From: Tubiluchus corallicola
Taxonomy: Eukaryota > Animalia > Priapulida
Length of the DNA stretch: 64,000 nucleotides
Assembly: GCA_030141605.1 (NCBI GenBank)
Contig: JAQGDQ010000273.1
Span: forward strand, 62,001-126,000
Direction of reading: 5' to 3'
The notes below the pieces were generated by a model. That model searched no databases. It saw only the letters and a program-made list of their open reading frames with translations, and had not been told where the DNA came from. The position numbers and the translations under genes were made by a program. Shown here one piece after another: positions 52,901 through 64,000 of the stretch. Every line of letters starts with the position of its first letter. Position 1 is the first letter of the stretch.

Positions 52901-55900
52901 ATTTTTTATTTTTAGCCAAAGTGCCTTTTTCATTTAATGCTTCCATTTTGCTCCATTCCCTTTTTGCTTCAACTACCATGACTTTCTGTGGAAGAAATTT
53001 TTAGAAGTTGTGTTGCTTTAATTATGACTATATCAATTTATATAAATAAGAGGAAGAAGTGGGAAAAAGGGGATGGATTCCTATGCTCAGTCTTCAAAGG
53101 AATGAGTTCAATATTAGTACCTAGTTATCTACGTCCTGACAGGTAAAAAACAATTAGAGGTGCAGGTGCAGCGTCAAAGCCAAAAAGCACTGCCATAAAA
53201 GCAAAAACCACGCCCAGAAGTAAACACGCCAAATCACATCAACTACAAGCACTGACCTGGACAGCACACAGCGGAAGCATCTGCTCGGTCGGTGTTACAA
53301 GTGGATCCCACAGGACAAGGGTTAAATTGTGAGCATGTCCTCGGCCGTCCAGTTAGAGGGTCTACAATAGCAGCTACATTCTCGCCACATCTGTTCCTAA
53401 TATCAGCTACAGGTGGCTCTGTGAGTAGTGCAAAAGAACAAGAGTGCAAGACAGGAGCATAAGAAATGTGGTTGCACATTTATTAACAACGACAGTGCAC
53501 CAAACTACGAGTGAATAATGTTCCATTCATAAGAACATTTAGTAAAGAAACAAACAAGACGTGGACTATACAAGATTTATATCAGGCATACACAACTAGA
53601 TTCGATCCATCAATTCTAAACACTTGATATCTCTGAAAGACGAAGTTATATGGTCATCATAGTAGTCACAGGGCAGAGAAAGACACTGCATTTGTAAGCA
53701 ATTGACCAGTAAGTATCTACTAATAAGTTAGGGTGAGAAATTTTAAACAGTATTAGCTTAGAATAGATGGATAAAAACTGAGCCTGATATAAGTTGTGCA
53801 AACTGTTATTTCACATTAGGATTGCAGTGCCCATTAGTCTTTTTACTTGGAGATGGAGTTAGTTAAACAAGCATTAGTCACTGGTTGTTACTGGTGCTTC
53901 ATTAATTCGAATTACACATAAAAACATTTACAAAATAAAGAAAGTTTAATAAAGCGATGCACAAGTTAAAAATTGTATCAAACATAGCACAAAAAAGAAT
54001 CATATAAACAAAAAGTGCAAATGTGCAGGCTGTTAAGAGTTTAAAGAAACGTTTAAAGGAAGGCAAATCAAAGGAAATGATTATGACACAGGTGATCACT
54101 ACAAGTGATCATTATAAGCCGGTCCCTCATAACTCCTGAAGCAGAATATTACCCAAATTGCTAAATTCTGATACATTTCAAGTTTATAGAACATTTGGAA
54201 CATTACCAAAAACCTGTTAAATTCACTTTACTTATAATTTATTCAAACACTTCTGAGGCTATTATTCACACAATAACAGGTATTAAAAATACAAATATGC
54301 GCATGAATAACGAGCTTAAAATAATGCTGTGTTTACTGTTTACAACAGCAACAGCAAATTAAAATTATTGAAGATTTAGTGTTTTGTAAATATTTTTAAG
54401 TTTAATAAAAACTATTATTGTGACTGTTACTAGAATAGAAATTCATAGTATGCAGTCCTGAATAAACTTTCAGTGAAAACTAACAACACAATAAGGCTTT
54501 ATAAAACTAACTTTAAAACATGAATAATCTTGTAACCAATTTAGGAATTATTCTATATGGGAATGTAAATGTAACTTGTTACATGACTGAAATGCCCAGA
54601 GTGAAAAAAGTTTATACAGAAAGGAGGAAATAGCAGTTACTAATAAACATAAAAGAAAATATAAATTTTTATTTCACTGATTGAGCATAAGCACAAAACA
54701 TGCATTTTAACTAAGTCATGCATAGCGCTAAGCAGGCAAAAATGAAAAGAAACCTTAAAAAAGGCGGAAAATAAAAAATACGAAGAAACACGGCTGCCAC
54801 TCTTGCCATGCAACGTCTGTCCGATCAATGAAATTCACTCTGCTGTGCTGCTACCATCATCCAAGCATCTCCCCTTTTGCTTATCCTTCCGTCCATTCCT
54901 CAGCAGCAGCCGCCACGAAAATCTGATTCAAGCAGCGGAGAAAGAAGAACGCGAAATACAGTCACGGCTCGCAAATAAAAACACTTGAGAAAACAGGCAG
55001 AGCAAAACAGCTAAAACTTCGAAAAAAAGGATAGTCGCTCAAGGAAGAGCAAACAGCTTCTATAAAGCAGTTGAATTCAAAACCAATTCTCCAAAAAAAA
55101 CACGAACAAGTTCTCTCCATTTCACAAAAAATAGCGTCTATTTATCATGTACATCAAGATAGAGCAAGAAATGGCAAAAGCACTTGAAAATAATAACTGC
55201 CGGAGTTCGAAAACTGTTTATTTTGAAAACAGGAAAAAGTGGCGCATAACCTCAAAAAGTAACTTGTTATTGTTACCAATTATTATGAGACAAAAGTAAC
55301 ATATTACTGTCACATATTTGCACATTTTTTGTATGAAAAATGTTTTCTTGTACTGTTTGGAGATCTAAAGAATGTAATAAGCATTTGAATTGGACACTAA
55401 AGTAAAATACAGTTACGTTACAGGCTTTCCCAAATGCAACACACAAAAAAGCTAACAAATTACTGTAGAGCACTTGAAATGTGCTATTCATATACACTTA
55501 CCTTACTGAGGTACCTAAACACCTAGCAATAGCTGTCCTGGCAGCTCAGTTTATATCAGTCTCCAAAGACCTTGTTTCACAAGTTTTTTTTGCTGTTAAT
55601 GATTTTAAATTTTTAATGATGAGAATGGATTAAAAAATTCAGATGATTTTGATCATTTCTTGCTCATGGCATGTCTAGCAGTGACATTAACTACAAAATG
55701 AGAGAATATAATTTATGCAAGCACACAACATCAAATGTGCAAGCAGTTTCAATAATAACAAATAAAGAAAAATTATATCCACATACTTAATATGTGTTTT
55801 TGTGCAACAAATAATAAATTCACATACCTTTCCTTCTGGTGCATAAAGCCCTTCAAAATGGCCACTTTTTCCACAAAAATTAGTGTTATAATATTACATC

Positions 55901-58900
55901 TGAAAAAACTTACCTCCGATAACAGTTAAGGTGACACGACCCTCTACTGTGCCAGCTGCATTGGTTGCCACACAGACATAGACTCCATCATTTGAACTGT
56001 CCACATTGGAAATAATTAAGCTGCCACTGCTGTCTGCACGAGCATTTCCTGGTAATGGTCCTTGTGCTATGCCAAAACTCCATCTGTAAAAGAGTATATA
56101 ACCATAGAACATTTTTGCATTCAGTACTTGTCATACACAATTTCTCATAACTTGCAGACAAAATACAAAGAAGTTCCATGTAAGAAATGGTCGACTAAAA
56201 ACTGAAAAGGTGTTGATTTTGCCTAGCAAACAAACTTTGACGTTGCTTAGTTACAAACTTTCACAGACATATTGGAGCAATAATCCCTCTATTTTGTTTT
56301 TGGCAACATCAAAACTATTGCATCCTTAGCTCTATGCTCTAAATTTAAACTAATTAAGAAAATGTGTAAATGTAATTAAAAACTTGTGTTATATCTGCAC
56401 TTTCAGCTATCGAGGATAAGTGCTCGTAAAGACTTAAAAGTGGTCAATGTGTCGGTAATACATAGACTTTTGGGGCTCTACCTAGACCAAACTGGTAGCA
56501 CTTACAGCCGTCTTACAATACATTAGCTGTTTTTTGCACCTCTCGCCCCGAATGAGCTCAAGTACCCACTCCATTAAACATGACAATGTGGACTCTTAAC
56601 ATGTTTGTTAAGTGACAGGTAACCGAGGCAGATATAGGGAGAAAACCTATTCAAATTACAATATAAAAAATCATAATCAGGGATAAATTAATGTATCACT
56701 CCATTTTTGAAAAATAAGTACTGTCCATAAAATACTATACAGTCAACCCTCGTTAAACCGGACTAATTGGGGGGGTGGGTGGTCCAGTTTAGCCGATTGT
56801 CCGATTTATCCGATATACCTATACAGTATATGGTCTATATTATACAGGAATAATCACCTTAATAAGGCCTATATACATTGCACTATATACTATACTGTAT
56901 ATTACTTTAAAATAGTTAACTTGTGAGGATAAAGAAATTATTGTACAGTTGGTAGGCCGTGTTGTGTTTAGCGCTCCTGCTCGGACGGAAATCGGTCAGT
57001 TTCCTTTACCACGGATGACGTCCGTCTTATCCGATATCCGGGCTAACGGGGTCCGGTTTAACGAGGGTCGACTGTATAGAGTAGATGCGAAGATATAAGA
57101 AAAAACCTCACCTCATCACGGGTGCTGGTTCACCCTGAGCTCGACAGCTAAATGTTGCCGTCTCTCCGTATTCGATCTCTAAACTGTTTGGAGAAACAGT
57201 AATGGCTGGGTATCCAGGCTCTATAGTATAAGCAAATGTTGAAAATTTAAAACATTACAAAACCCAATACAAGGACCTGAGCATTATGAAAGCAAAATGC
57301 AACAATACATTTTTCAATACATTCTTCTGCATAGTATAAGACCAGATGTTCAACTAACTGAAAAGGTGAAATTACGGGCTCTATACACCGTATTTTCAGA
57401 CTAAACTTTTTATAGTCCCTTTGCATTTCAAGTTAACAATCTTACCTATTCGCACAAAAAGGATCGTCCGTATTGAAGCATCACCAGCATTATTTGTCGC
57501 CTTACAACTGTACTCAGCTTCATCCTGTTTCTGTGTCGATGGGATGCGGAAGATGCCAGTCTCAGCATCCCAAGTTGATTCAGGATTCAACTGATTGTTT
57601 TGACCACCACTCCACTATAAATGCAAAATTAATATTTCGCATTATTTATGAAAATGACAAAAACTTTTATTTGGCCCAGTGCTACCACAGAAAGTGACCA
57701 CTGTCGCCATTGACTACAAAATAAAATGACAAGAATTCATCAAGGTTTAACTGAGTTGTTGCTAAATGGGGTATCATCAAGCAAAGACTTACTGATATCC
57801 AGTCGCCCAATCCAATATTATACCTTGTGTTCCTATTACCTAACCTAAAATAACCTAACTTACCTAACCTAATCCAACTAACTGATACTGGTGTAATAGC
57901 CTAATCTGACCTAGATTAATCCGACTTAATCTAATTAAACTTCAAAACAATTAATCTTGTCCACACCACTTGGTAAATTCCTTAAATGGAGGCAACGAAA
58001 CCTAATTCAACTAGCAATATCCAATTAACAATATTCAGGCAAGCCAATTCATTGCTATCTATGCTATCCAATCTGATTATTCCACTTCAACTGTAACCAA
58101 TCCATAGCATAATCTAATATAAACCAGTCCAGTCTAACCTTAGCTGGTAGAATGACACACACATACAATGTAAAATATTCAAGAAACGATATACCTCAAG
58201 CGTAGGCCGTGGGTTGCCTTCAGCAATGCACTGAAATTCCACAGGTTCACCCTGATTAACAGTAAGGAATCTTGGTTCAATACGAACAGTTGGCGGAGTG
58301 CTCACCACTGAAAGAACAACCATTGAAAGAATACTTAAAATGATTCTTAAGAATACTTAAGACTACTTAATCCTTCTCAGTACAAGCTCAACATGTTCAA
58401 ATACTACAAACAATTAAAAATTTACAGTTGTCGTATACATTTGCAATTAGCTTCTTAGCATTCAGTTTATATGGCCATAACATTGCTTCAAATGTTACGC
58501 TAAAATACACAGACTGGAGCAATCATTTATCACAAACTTTCTCCACTTGCGGAGTAGCCAGTCAGTAAAATACAACGATCTGAAAACAGTGATAATATAC
58601 ATACAGCCAACCGTTAACGTTGCCTGATCTTCATCGATGTCGTAAAGATTTGATCCCGTACAAGTGTAGCTGCCCGCATCTTCTTCCCGCACATCGCGAA
58701 TAGTCAGCACCCCGTTCTCATCCGTAGCCTGGTTGGGCAAAGGTCTCCCATTTCTCGTCCAAACGAGGGTGTATGTAACCTAGAAGATGCTATTGTAATA
58801 ATGAGGAGCTCCAGAAAACAACAATACTTTAACATGCAGGTGACACAAACAACAGATCTCTTCTGCACAACCACATAAATGAACAATGCATTTGTGCATC

Positions 58901-61900
58901 TGTCACTTAGTATATACAACATTGTTATACACAAATGAGCAATGCAGTTGTGCATCTGTCAGTTAGTAAAGTTTTTTTGCACAATAATAACTGAGTAAAC
59001 ATGGTAAACCAAGAACACATACTGCACATGCTGTTAGTTTAGTGCATTCAAAAAATAGTGAGAAATGCAAGAGGATACATTTAAAGCAACAGTAATAGTT
59101 AAAGGTCTGCCTAGACGGCATGGTGGGGATTAACACACCATGCTTTTCAATGATGTTCCAAGATTGTAGTGTCATAGTAGAATGACATCTTAAACATAGA
59201 GAAAGTCATCATCTGAAGTGAGAGAGGGCAGTCGGAGGCCCATTTTTCTTCCACAGTATATTTAGTAATAATTTTTGAAAAGTTACAAAATGAGTGTACA
59301 AAACTTAGTGTTCTTATATTTTTCTTAGGAATTTCAAGTATCCTGAATAAAACAAGACAGAACTTCTCAGGGTTTTCAAAACTCAAACTAAGTAATCTTG
59401 CTACTTAAGCCAAAATAAACTAGGGGTGTTCCAACACTGCGAATATTATAGGGGTGCTGCAATGCCATTATGAATATAATATAGGAATATTGTATGAATA
59501 TTTAATACTATATAGAAATACTTAATCATAGTGAAGTGATAAAAATTAAATGCTAGGCATTTTAAACTTAACCAATACGCAGTAAAATTTAATGTAGCTT
59601 ATCCATGACCAAGAAATTAAACCACTGTGCTAAACTCAGGGAGCTCATATGCACTATACATACTAGTTTCTGGCCTAGGTTAGCAGACAAATTTACCGTT
59701 GTACAGTTAGTTTTCACATGGTTATTAAATCTGCAATGTGATGGTCAACAATCAAGAGCTGCAATTACTTCGAGGAAAAACTTCAACAATCAAACAAGAG
59801 CAGGCAGATTTAGTTTCCAAAATTCTATAGTCATTTCTAATAATGAGATTAAGCTCAATAGTCTAACAGGAACACCAATAGAACTTGCACAAACTGACAA
59901 GAAATGGTGAAACAATTCAAATGATTAGCAGTTCAATCAAAACTGATCAATTTAAAAAGATCTTTTGTTACAATTTTATATAACTACAAGACATAGACAA
60001 ATCTAAATAATTACAAACACACATACAATTATTAATATTAGTTATGAGGCACAAACAAAACCATTATATCACAAGGTTACAAAATTTGACACCACAAAAG
60101 GAAGCAAGGGTAGGAGAGTTTAAAAAAGAAGGTTAGTTTTTCCATTAAATTGCAATGATCACGTATCTTCACCACTAAAAACGAAAAAGCTTGACTAAAT
60201 GCGCATCATTAAACAACTTACAAAACAGTTATTGTTCTTATGTCATTACATTAATTATACAGACTAAATTGTTTAGAAATCTGGTACAAAGATATAAGCT
60301 CATACAAAAAATGATAAAAACTTTAATTTTTCAGTATTCGTAAGTTTTTTAATAAAAATCTGTTGAAAAAAAACTCCATATTGTTTACTACGATTTGTAC
60401 ACAGACCTTCGCCAGTAATTAGTGAAATGGAAAAGCTAAAAATTTCATCATTCTATCAAATAACTGCTCACCTTTATTAGAATGTTAAATTGATAAGTAA
60501 GAGGTGGTTGTCAAAGCGTCATTTTTCTTCCACAATTAAAACATAAGGTAAATTTAACTTGACTAATACCCAAGGAATTAAATAATGCTAAAGAAAAGAA
60601 AATTTAAAACAAAGCCAAATGTAGCAAACGACACGATATCATCACAATGCACAAACAACTAGTATAAAAAAAGTAAATACGTAAATAAGCTGCAGTGTTG
60701 AACTAAAGTATAGAATATAATAATCAAAATTCCCATTATATTAAAGCCTAAAAGAAAATAGATTGTTTCATTTGATTTTCATCAAAAAAATAATAAACTC
60801 TGTTCTTGTAAAAAAAGATAATGATAAAAATAATTCTTAAAAAATGAGAGTTTGTTTTTAATGTACAGACAATGATAATGCATTAAATTAGAAAATAAAT
60901 TTGCTACGAAAAAATGTCTGCAAAATTATCTCTAGCTATAAAACACGAAAAGAAGCAGCAAACAGATGAAAATCGAATGAAAAATCATCGTCTACGAAGC
61001 GTTCAACTTACATCAGCCCGCAACTGCTCATCACAACAACAGACAGAGAGAAACAGAAGTAAACCATGAGTGACAAGTCGTCAGGTGGTTACCATGGCAA
61101 CGAAAAAAATACACAGTTCATCAGTAAACATGCAAAAACTGTGCAGTACAGCAAATAGACCATTTTTACAGACTGTCAGATCCAAGCTGCCAATGTGAAT
61201 GTGTGAACTGTTTCTGTCATGCAGTTATTATGACAGCTGCAGGTCAGTAAAGACAGCATGAGCCTGACAATCAGTGCTGGCATTCTGACTACATTCAGAG
61301 AAAAGAAATTAAAAATTTAAACTTTAATCGACTGTACATTGCAGAACATCTAATAATAAGCAAAATGACTACTATTAAAAATTGGGTACAAGCAAGCCCC
61401 AGAAGCTTATAATGTTTCAGCAATTATCTAACAGAGAAAGAAATATTAAAAACAATCATGCCGGCAGCTTCTAAAGGTAATATTTTAATAAAGCCTCGTG
61501 CAGACAGAACAGAAAAGTTAAGAAGCGAACAAATAATTAAAAGAATGAACAAGTGTTCAATTTTCCAACCTCAAGACATGCTATCGATGTTAACATTGCA
61601 TAACCCACAAAGCATATTTAGCTAATTCTAAACACAACCACCACCATAGCGACATTTTCAGCCACTGCTTCCATATTTCAGCTACACTAAATCAGCAGCT
61701 TTTATTAATTTCCTGAAGGTATGACCAAACTATCATCTATAGCTAGAGAAAAATTGGACTTGCCATCTGCCTTGCTGACTTATTTAACTGTCTCTTTGTG
61801 AAGAAAGAAATAAGGTTTTTTATCATAAAATCTCAGAAAAATTGTTTAAATTAATTATTTTCTAAGTTATACTGTCATAAATGAGCAAACAAATAAATGT

Positions 61901-63536
61901 CAGATATAGGTGTTTTGATACCCTTGCCATAGGATAACTACGAGGGACATTCATGCGACAGTGGATAATCCAGGGACAAATAGGACAGCATGTTCCCCAG
62001 CCAGCTGCTGCCACCTGTTGACTGGTTTAGTTGAGATTCCAAACAAAGTGCATAGTGATAATCCAAAATCAAAGATACGGAGTAAATAAAAAGATAAACA
62101 CATGCCTTTGGAGCAAGCAAATTTTCACTCATATAATTAGTAGTTTTTCTTTCAAAAAACAAAAACAAAAAAAATCAGTGACATTAAAAAATAACAGCAT
62201 GTGCAGTAAAAAGTTGGCTTGAAAAAACATAACACAAGCAATTCAAAAAACAAGTGAACGTGAAATTATAATTCAATAAATGTCACTTCATAAATAAATA
62301 TGAAATTCAAACTCATAAATGCAAGTTTCTCATCCAAACCAATTCAAATTGGTAGCTGTTAGTAATATGCCCAATCTAAATGCTATAAGCTAGGAAAAGT
62401 TGGGGAAAAAGGGGTCACACGTACGGTCGGGCGCCCAACCTGGCTTTCACCGATGCAGACGAAGCTGACAGTCGAACCGGCACTAACTGTGACTTCCTTT
62501 GGTTCTTGTATGTAAACCCTAATGGGTTCCATGGCTAAAAAATGAAACCAGAGTTGATAAATAAAATATCACTACCAAAAATCAAAAAGTACATGTAGAA
62601 GCTACTATTTTTGTGAGTATTCATGTTACAAAGACTAGACTTAAACCATTAGAATGTTTAAGTGTAACTAGTGTAGTTTAGTAGTCTGTACTACTCATAT
62701 TCTTACCAGAGTTGGCCTGCAGTCTGACTGTACCAGTACTAGCACCATACTGGTTGCGGACGTTGCATACATATTGACCACTGTCTGATAATTGCAAATT
62801 GTAGATGACTAACGAATGATCAGGCCCTAAAAGCAAATTCTAACATTAATGATTATCTACGTCATCTCGTTTAGAATTTCAGCGTGCAAAAGTATAGTGT
62901 CTGACACAAAGAAAAACAATCTTTTCAAGTACAAAAAAATGTTATCAAAGGCAATAAGTGAACGAATACAGTGTGCGTTTGCTAACAAAAATTAAAAATG
63001 CAAAGCCCGATTAGCAAATAGATGGGTGACAGTTCTGGTCCTGCTACCACAATTTACATTAAGAATGCCTTGTCACTTAGTATCAGATTTTGTTACGCAG
63101 AACATACTTTTAGGAAAAACTTATATACACCCAAAACATCTGTTTTGGATAATGTGAACAACGTTTGTAAGTCATAAATTTATGAGAAAAAAGAAAGCAG
63201 TGGGAGAAAAACACAAACAGAGAGAGTGAGACAGAAGGAAAGAAGGGGAGAGAAAAATGCAGAGAAAAGGACAGAGGGAGAGAAAGAAAGAAGGAGAGCT
63301 GAAAAAGAGGTTAAATTATACCATGTGTCATTCTATCAGTTAGTTGACGACCATCAGTGCGTGTCCATTGAACAGCATACGGTTCTTGTGCTCTGATTGT
63401 GCAGCTAAAAGTTACAGTAGCACCAACATTTTCCCGAATTTCACGTGGGTAAACGACCACTTCGGGTTTTCCGGAGACAGAGGCTGAAGTGCACTTTTCA
63501 CCTAGCCTGGGGTTGCCCGAGTAACCAGGGGCACAA
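26068..63536 (-). CDS. HSPG2: Perlecan (basement membrane heparan sulfate proteoglycan core protein; unc-52/trol orthologue), 5'-partial
   Basis: In-frame GT-AG exons (minus strand, 5'->3'): 63536-63322, 62826-62707, 62534-62440, 58779-58605, 58307-58195, 57614-57446, 57220-57112, 56083-55914, [53418-53257 Cys-rich], 48704-48414, 48052-47960, 47693-47505, 46852-46735, 46404-46259, [45918-45814 or 45760-45638], 43786-43610, 43127-43015, 42300-42153, 42025-41863, 39981-39884, 39082-38964, 36194-36047, 35168-35036, 34905-34664, 34207-34025, 33529-33380, 33034-32625, 32343-32217, 31601-31357, 30401-30227, 29306-29160, 28780-28669, 28252-28142, 27681-27598, 27050-26947, 26309-26068. Domain order is laminin-EGF end (CAPGYSGNP), 12 Ig repeats, then LG1-EGF-EGF-LG2-EGF-EGF-LG3, i.e. 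perlecan domains III-V. Ig2 (YTLVWTR...NGVLTIRDV..EDAGSYTCTGSN) and VPYFAQNPLSY are perlecan-typical. Confidence 0.93.
28259..28407. repeat. Perfect 71-bp tandem duplication abutting a perlecan 3' splice site
   Basis: aaaacattaaacaatataagaaaaaaatcactaaagaataagaactctagctaccccaacgctctgcatgg occurs twice (28259 and 28330). Confidence 0.9.
36871..37023. mobile_element. hAT-type MITE (153 bp)
   Basis: TIRs tagtgttgctccggata / tatctggagcatcacta (15/17 match). 8-bp TSD ATTATGAC at 36863-36870 and 37024-37031. Internal cggata repeats. Confidence 0.8.
40332..41755 (+). mobile_element. Decayed, internally deleted Tigger/pogo (Tc1/mariner superfamily) DNA transposon
   Basis: 26-bp TIRs cagtaggtgccgtttattaggctcac / gtgagtctattaagcagcacctactg (22/26 match). 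Frameshifted DDE_1 remnants: AWMTAVLFSEWL, LLVDNC, NTTSLIQTCDQGI..KAY, TIQNCFSHA. Confidence 0.85.
45638..45760 (-). CDS. HSPG2: Perlecan mutually exclusive exon B (N-terminal half of Ig8)
   Basis: Boundaries ttttag|TT and CATG|gtatat; encodes VTGGAVMPTGEPQVVEANVTSSPSRLSVSVGSTAEFTCTIH; phase 1-1. Confidence 0.8.
45814..45918 (-). CDS. HSPG2: Perlecan mutually exclusive exon A (N-terminal half of Ig8)
   Basis: Boundaries tatag|TT and CATG|gtaagt; encodes VKQDIEDLVYGQLIVSPPSLAVSVGQIAEFVCVAH; phase 1-1. Confidence 0.8.
51096..51304 (-). CDS. Alternative terminal exon of perlecan encoding a Lustrin/WR1-like Cys-rich module and a stop codon
   Basis: Acceptor ctactaacag|AA, phase 1. Encodes ETRLPPLLPPTYHQCKNLDPLIDPNTGEPQTCSFWSWCPNGYFCSDELEDAPSVCCPEPRQRPRFIYRQ followed by TAG TAG. 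Paralogous to exon 53418-53257. Confidence 0.72.
53257..53418 (-). CDS. Perlecan cassette exon encoding a Lustrin/WR1-like Cys-rich module
   Basis: Boundaries ctcacag|AG and CCAG|gtcagt; 162 nt, phase 1-1. Encodes EPPVADIRNRCGENVAAIVDPLTGRPRTCSQFNPCPVGSTCNTDRADASAVCCP. Confidence 0.78.
56740..57074. mobile_element. Tigger/pogo-type MITE (335 bp)
   Basis: 24-bp TIRs cagtcaaccctcgttaaaccggac / gtccggtttaacgagggtcgactg (23/24 match), flanked by TA on both sides. Confidence 0.88.
57835..57940. repeat. Degenerate (TAACC/TAATC)n short tandem tract
   Basis: acctaacctaaaataacctaacttacctaacctaatccaacta... Confidence 0.55.
61012..61023 (-). CDS. Candidate 12-nt perlecan microexon (LRAD)
   Basis: ttctgtttctctctgtctgttgttgtgatgagcag|TTGCGGGCTGAT|gtaagt; phase 0-0 within a phase-0 intron. 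Confidence 0.5.
61088..61101. promoter_or_regulatory. Near-palindromic RFX X-box-like motif
   Basis: GTTACCATGGCAAC fits the GTTNCCATGGNAAC consensus; function not shown. Confidence 0.35.
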
Positions 63537-64000
63537 CTGGAAATCAAACACAGCAAGTTACAGATTAGTAACTTAATAATTACAAAATGAGCTGTCAACA
63601 CTTTCTTCTTTTTCATGACAAATAGACATAAAAATGTACAACACTAAGCGACTAATTTATGAAATGAAGAGCAAAAGACTTGCCAACATGATTTCCTTAT
63701 TGTTCTATTAAGTTGTACAGAAATTTTGATATATTTTGCATGGCAATAATATGCTTTTAAAGACAAAATCAATATTTGAAATATTGACACAGTAGTCTGT
63801 TTAAATAAAAAGTTATCATTAGCAATTCAAACGAAAAATTTTGTCTAGTTACAAACATTAATAAATCTAGTAATTAATAAATAGCATGCAAATCTTCTAA
63901 TACATGACCATGATTATACATACGTGCCACAATCCCTGCCAGTATATCCTGTCTCACAGCCAATACAAGTTAACTGATTGTCACGATCCATATAGCAAGA

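Noticed and set aside
55502-55522. Strong donor AAG|gtaagt with nearby AG acceptors in the Ig4-Ig5 intron
   Set aside because: Possible exons are 13 nt (frameshift) or 21 nt (in-frame TAG), and the pyrimidine tract is poor. A poison exon cannot be excluded but is unsupported.

Overview
AT-rich, intron-rich animal (invertebrate, plausibly lophotrochozoan) genomic DNA with three spliced genes reconstructed by hand from splice signals and reading frames. (1) + strand, 5'-partial: a membrane guanylyl cyclase with a probable NIT (nitrate/nitrite-sensing) domain, a TM helix and no kinase-homology domain (5 exons, 2388-15102); one intron needs a non-canonical GC-AG donor. (2) - strand: a complete 4-exon, 413-aa gustatory receptor-like (GRL/7TMIC) gene (17127-20191), convergent with the cyclase. 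(3) - strand, 5'-partial: perlecan/HSPG2 (26068-63536; end of domain III, 12 Ig repeats, LG-EGF-EGF-LG-EGF-EGF-LG). Perlecan shows unusual isoform architecture that the ORF track largely misses: two Lustrin/WR1-like Cys-rich exons inside domain IV (one a stop-containing terminal exon), a candidate 'DFRGGCC*' terminal exon, a pair of mutually exclusive Ig half-exons 53 nt apart, a candidate 12-nt microexon and an acidic Ser-Gly tail after LG3. Introns and intergenic DNA hold LINE fragments, a Tigger/pogo fossil, MITEs, tandem repeats and microsatellites. All family assignments come from motif recognition only; no database search was run.
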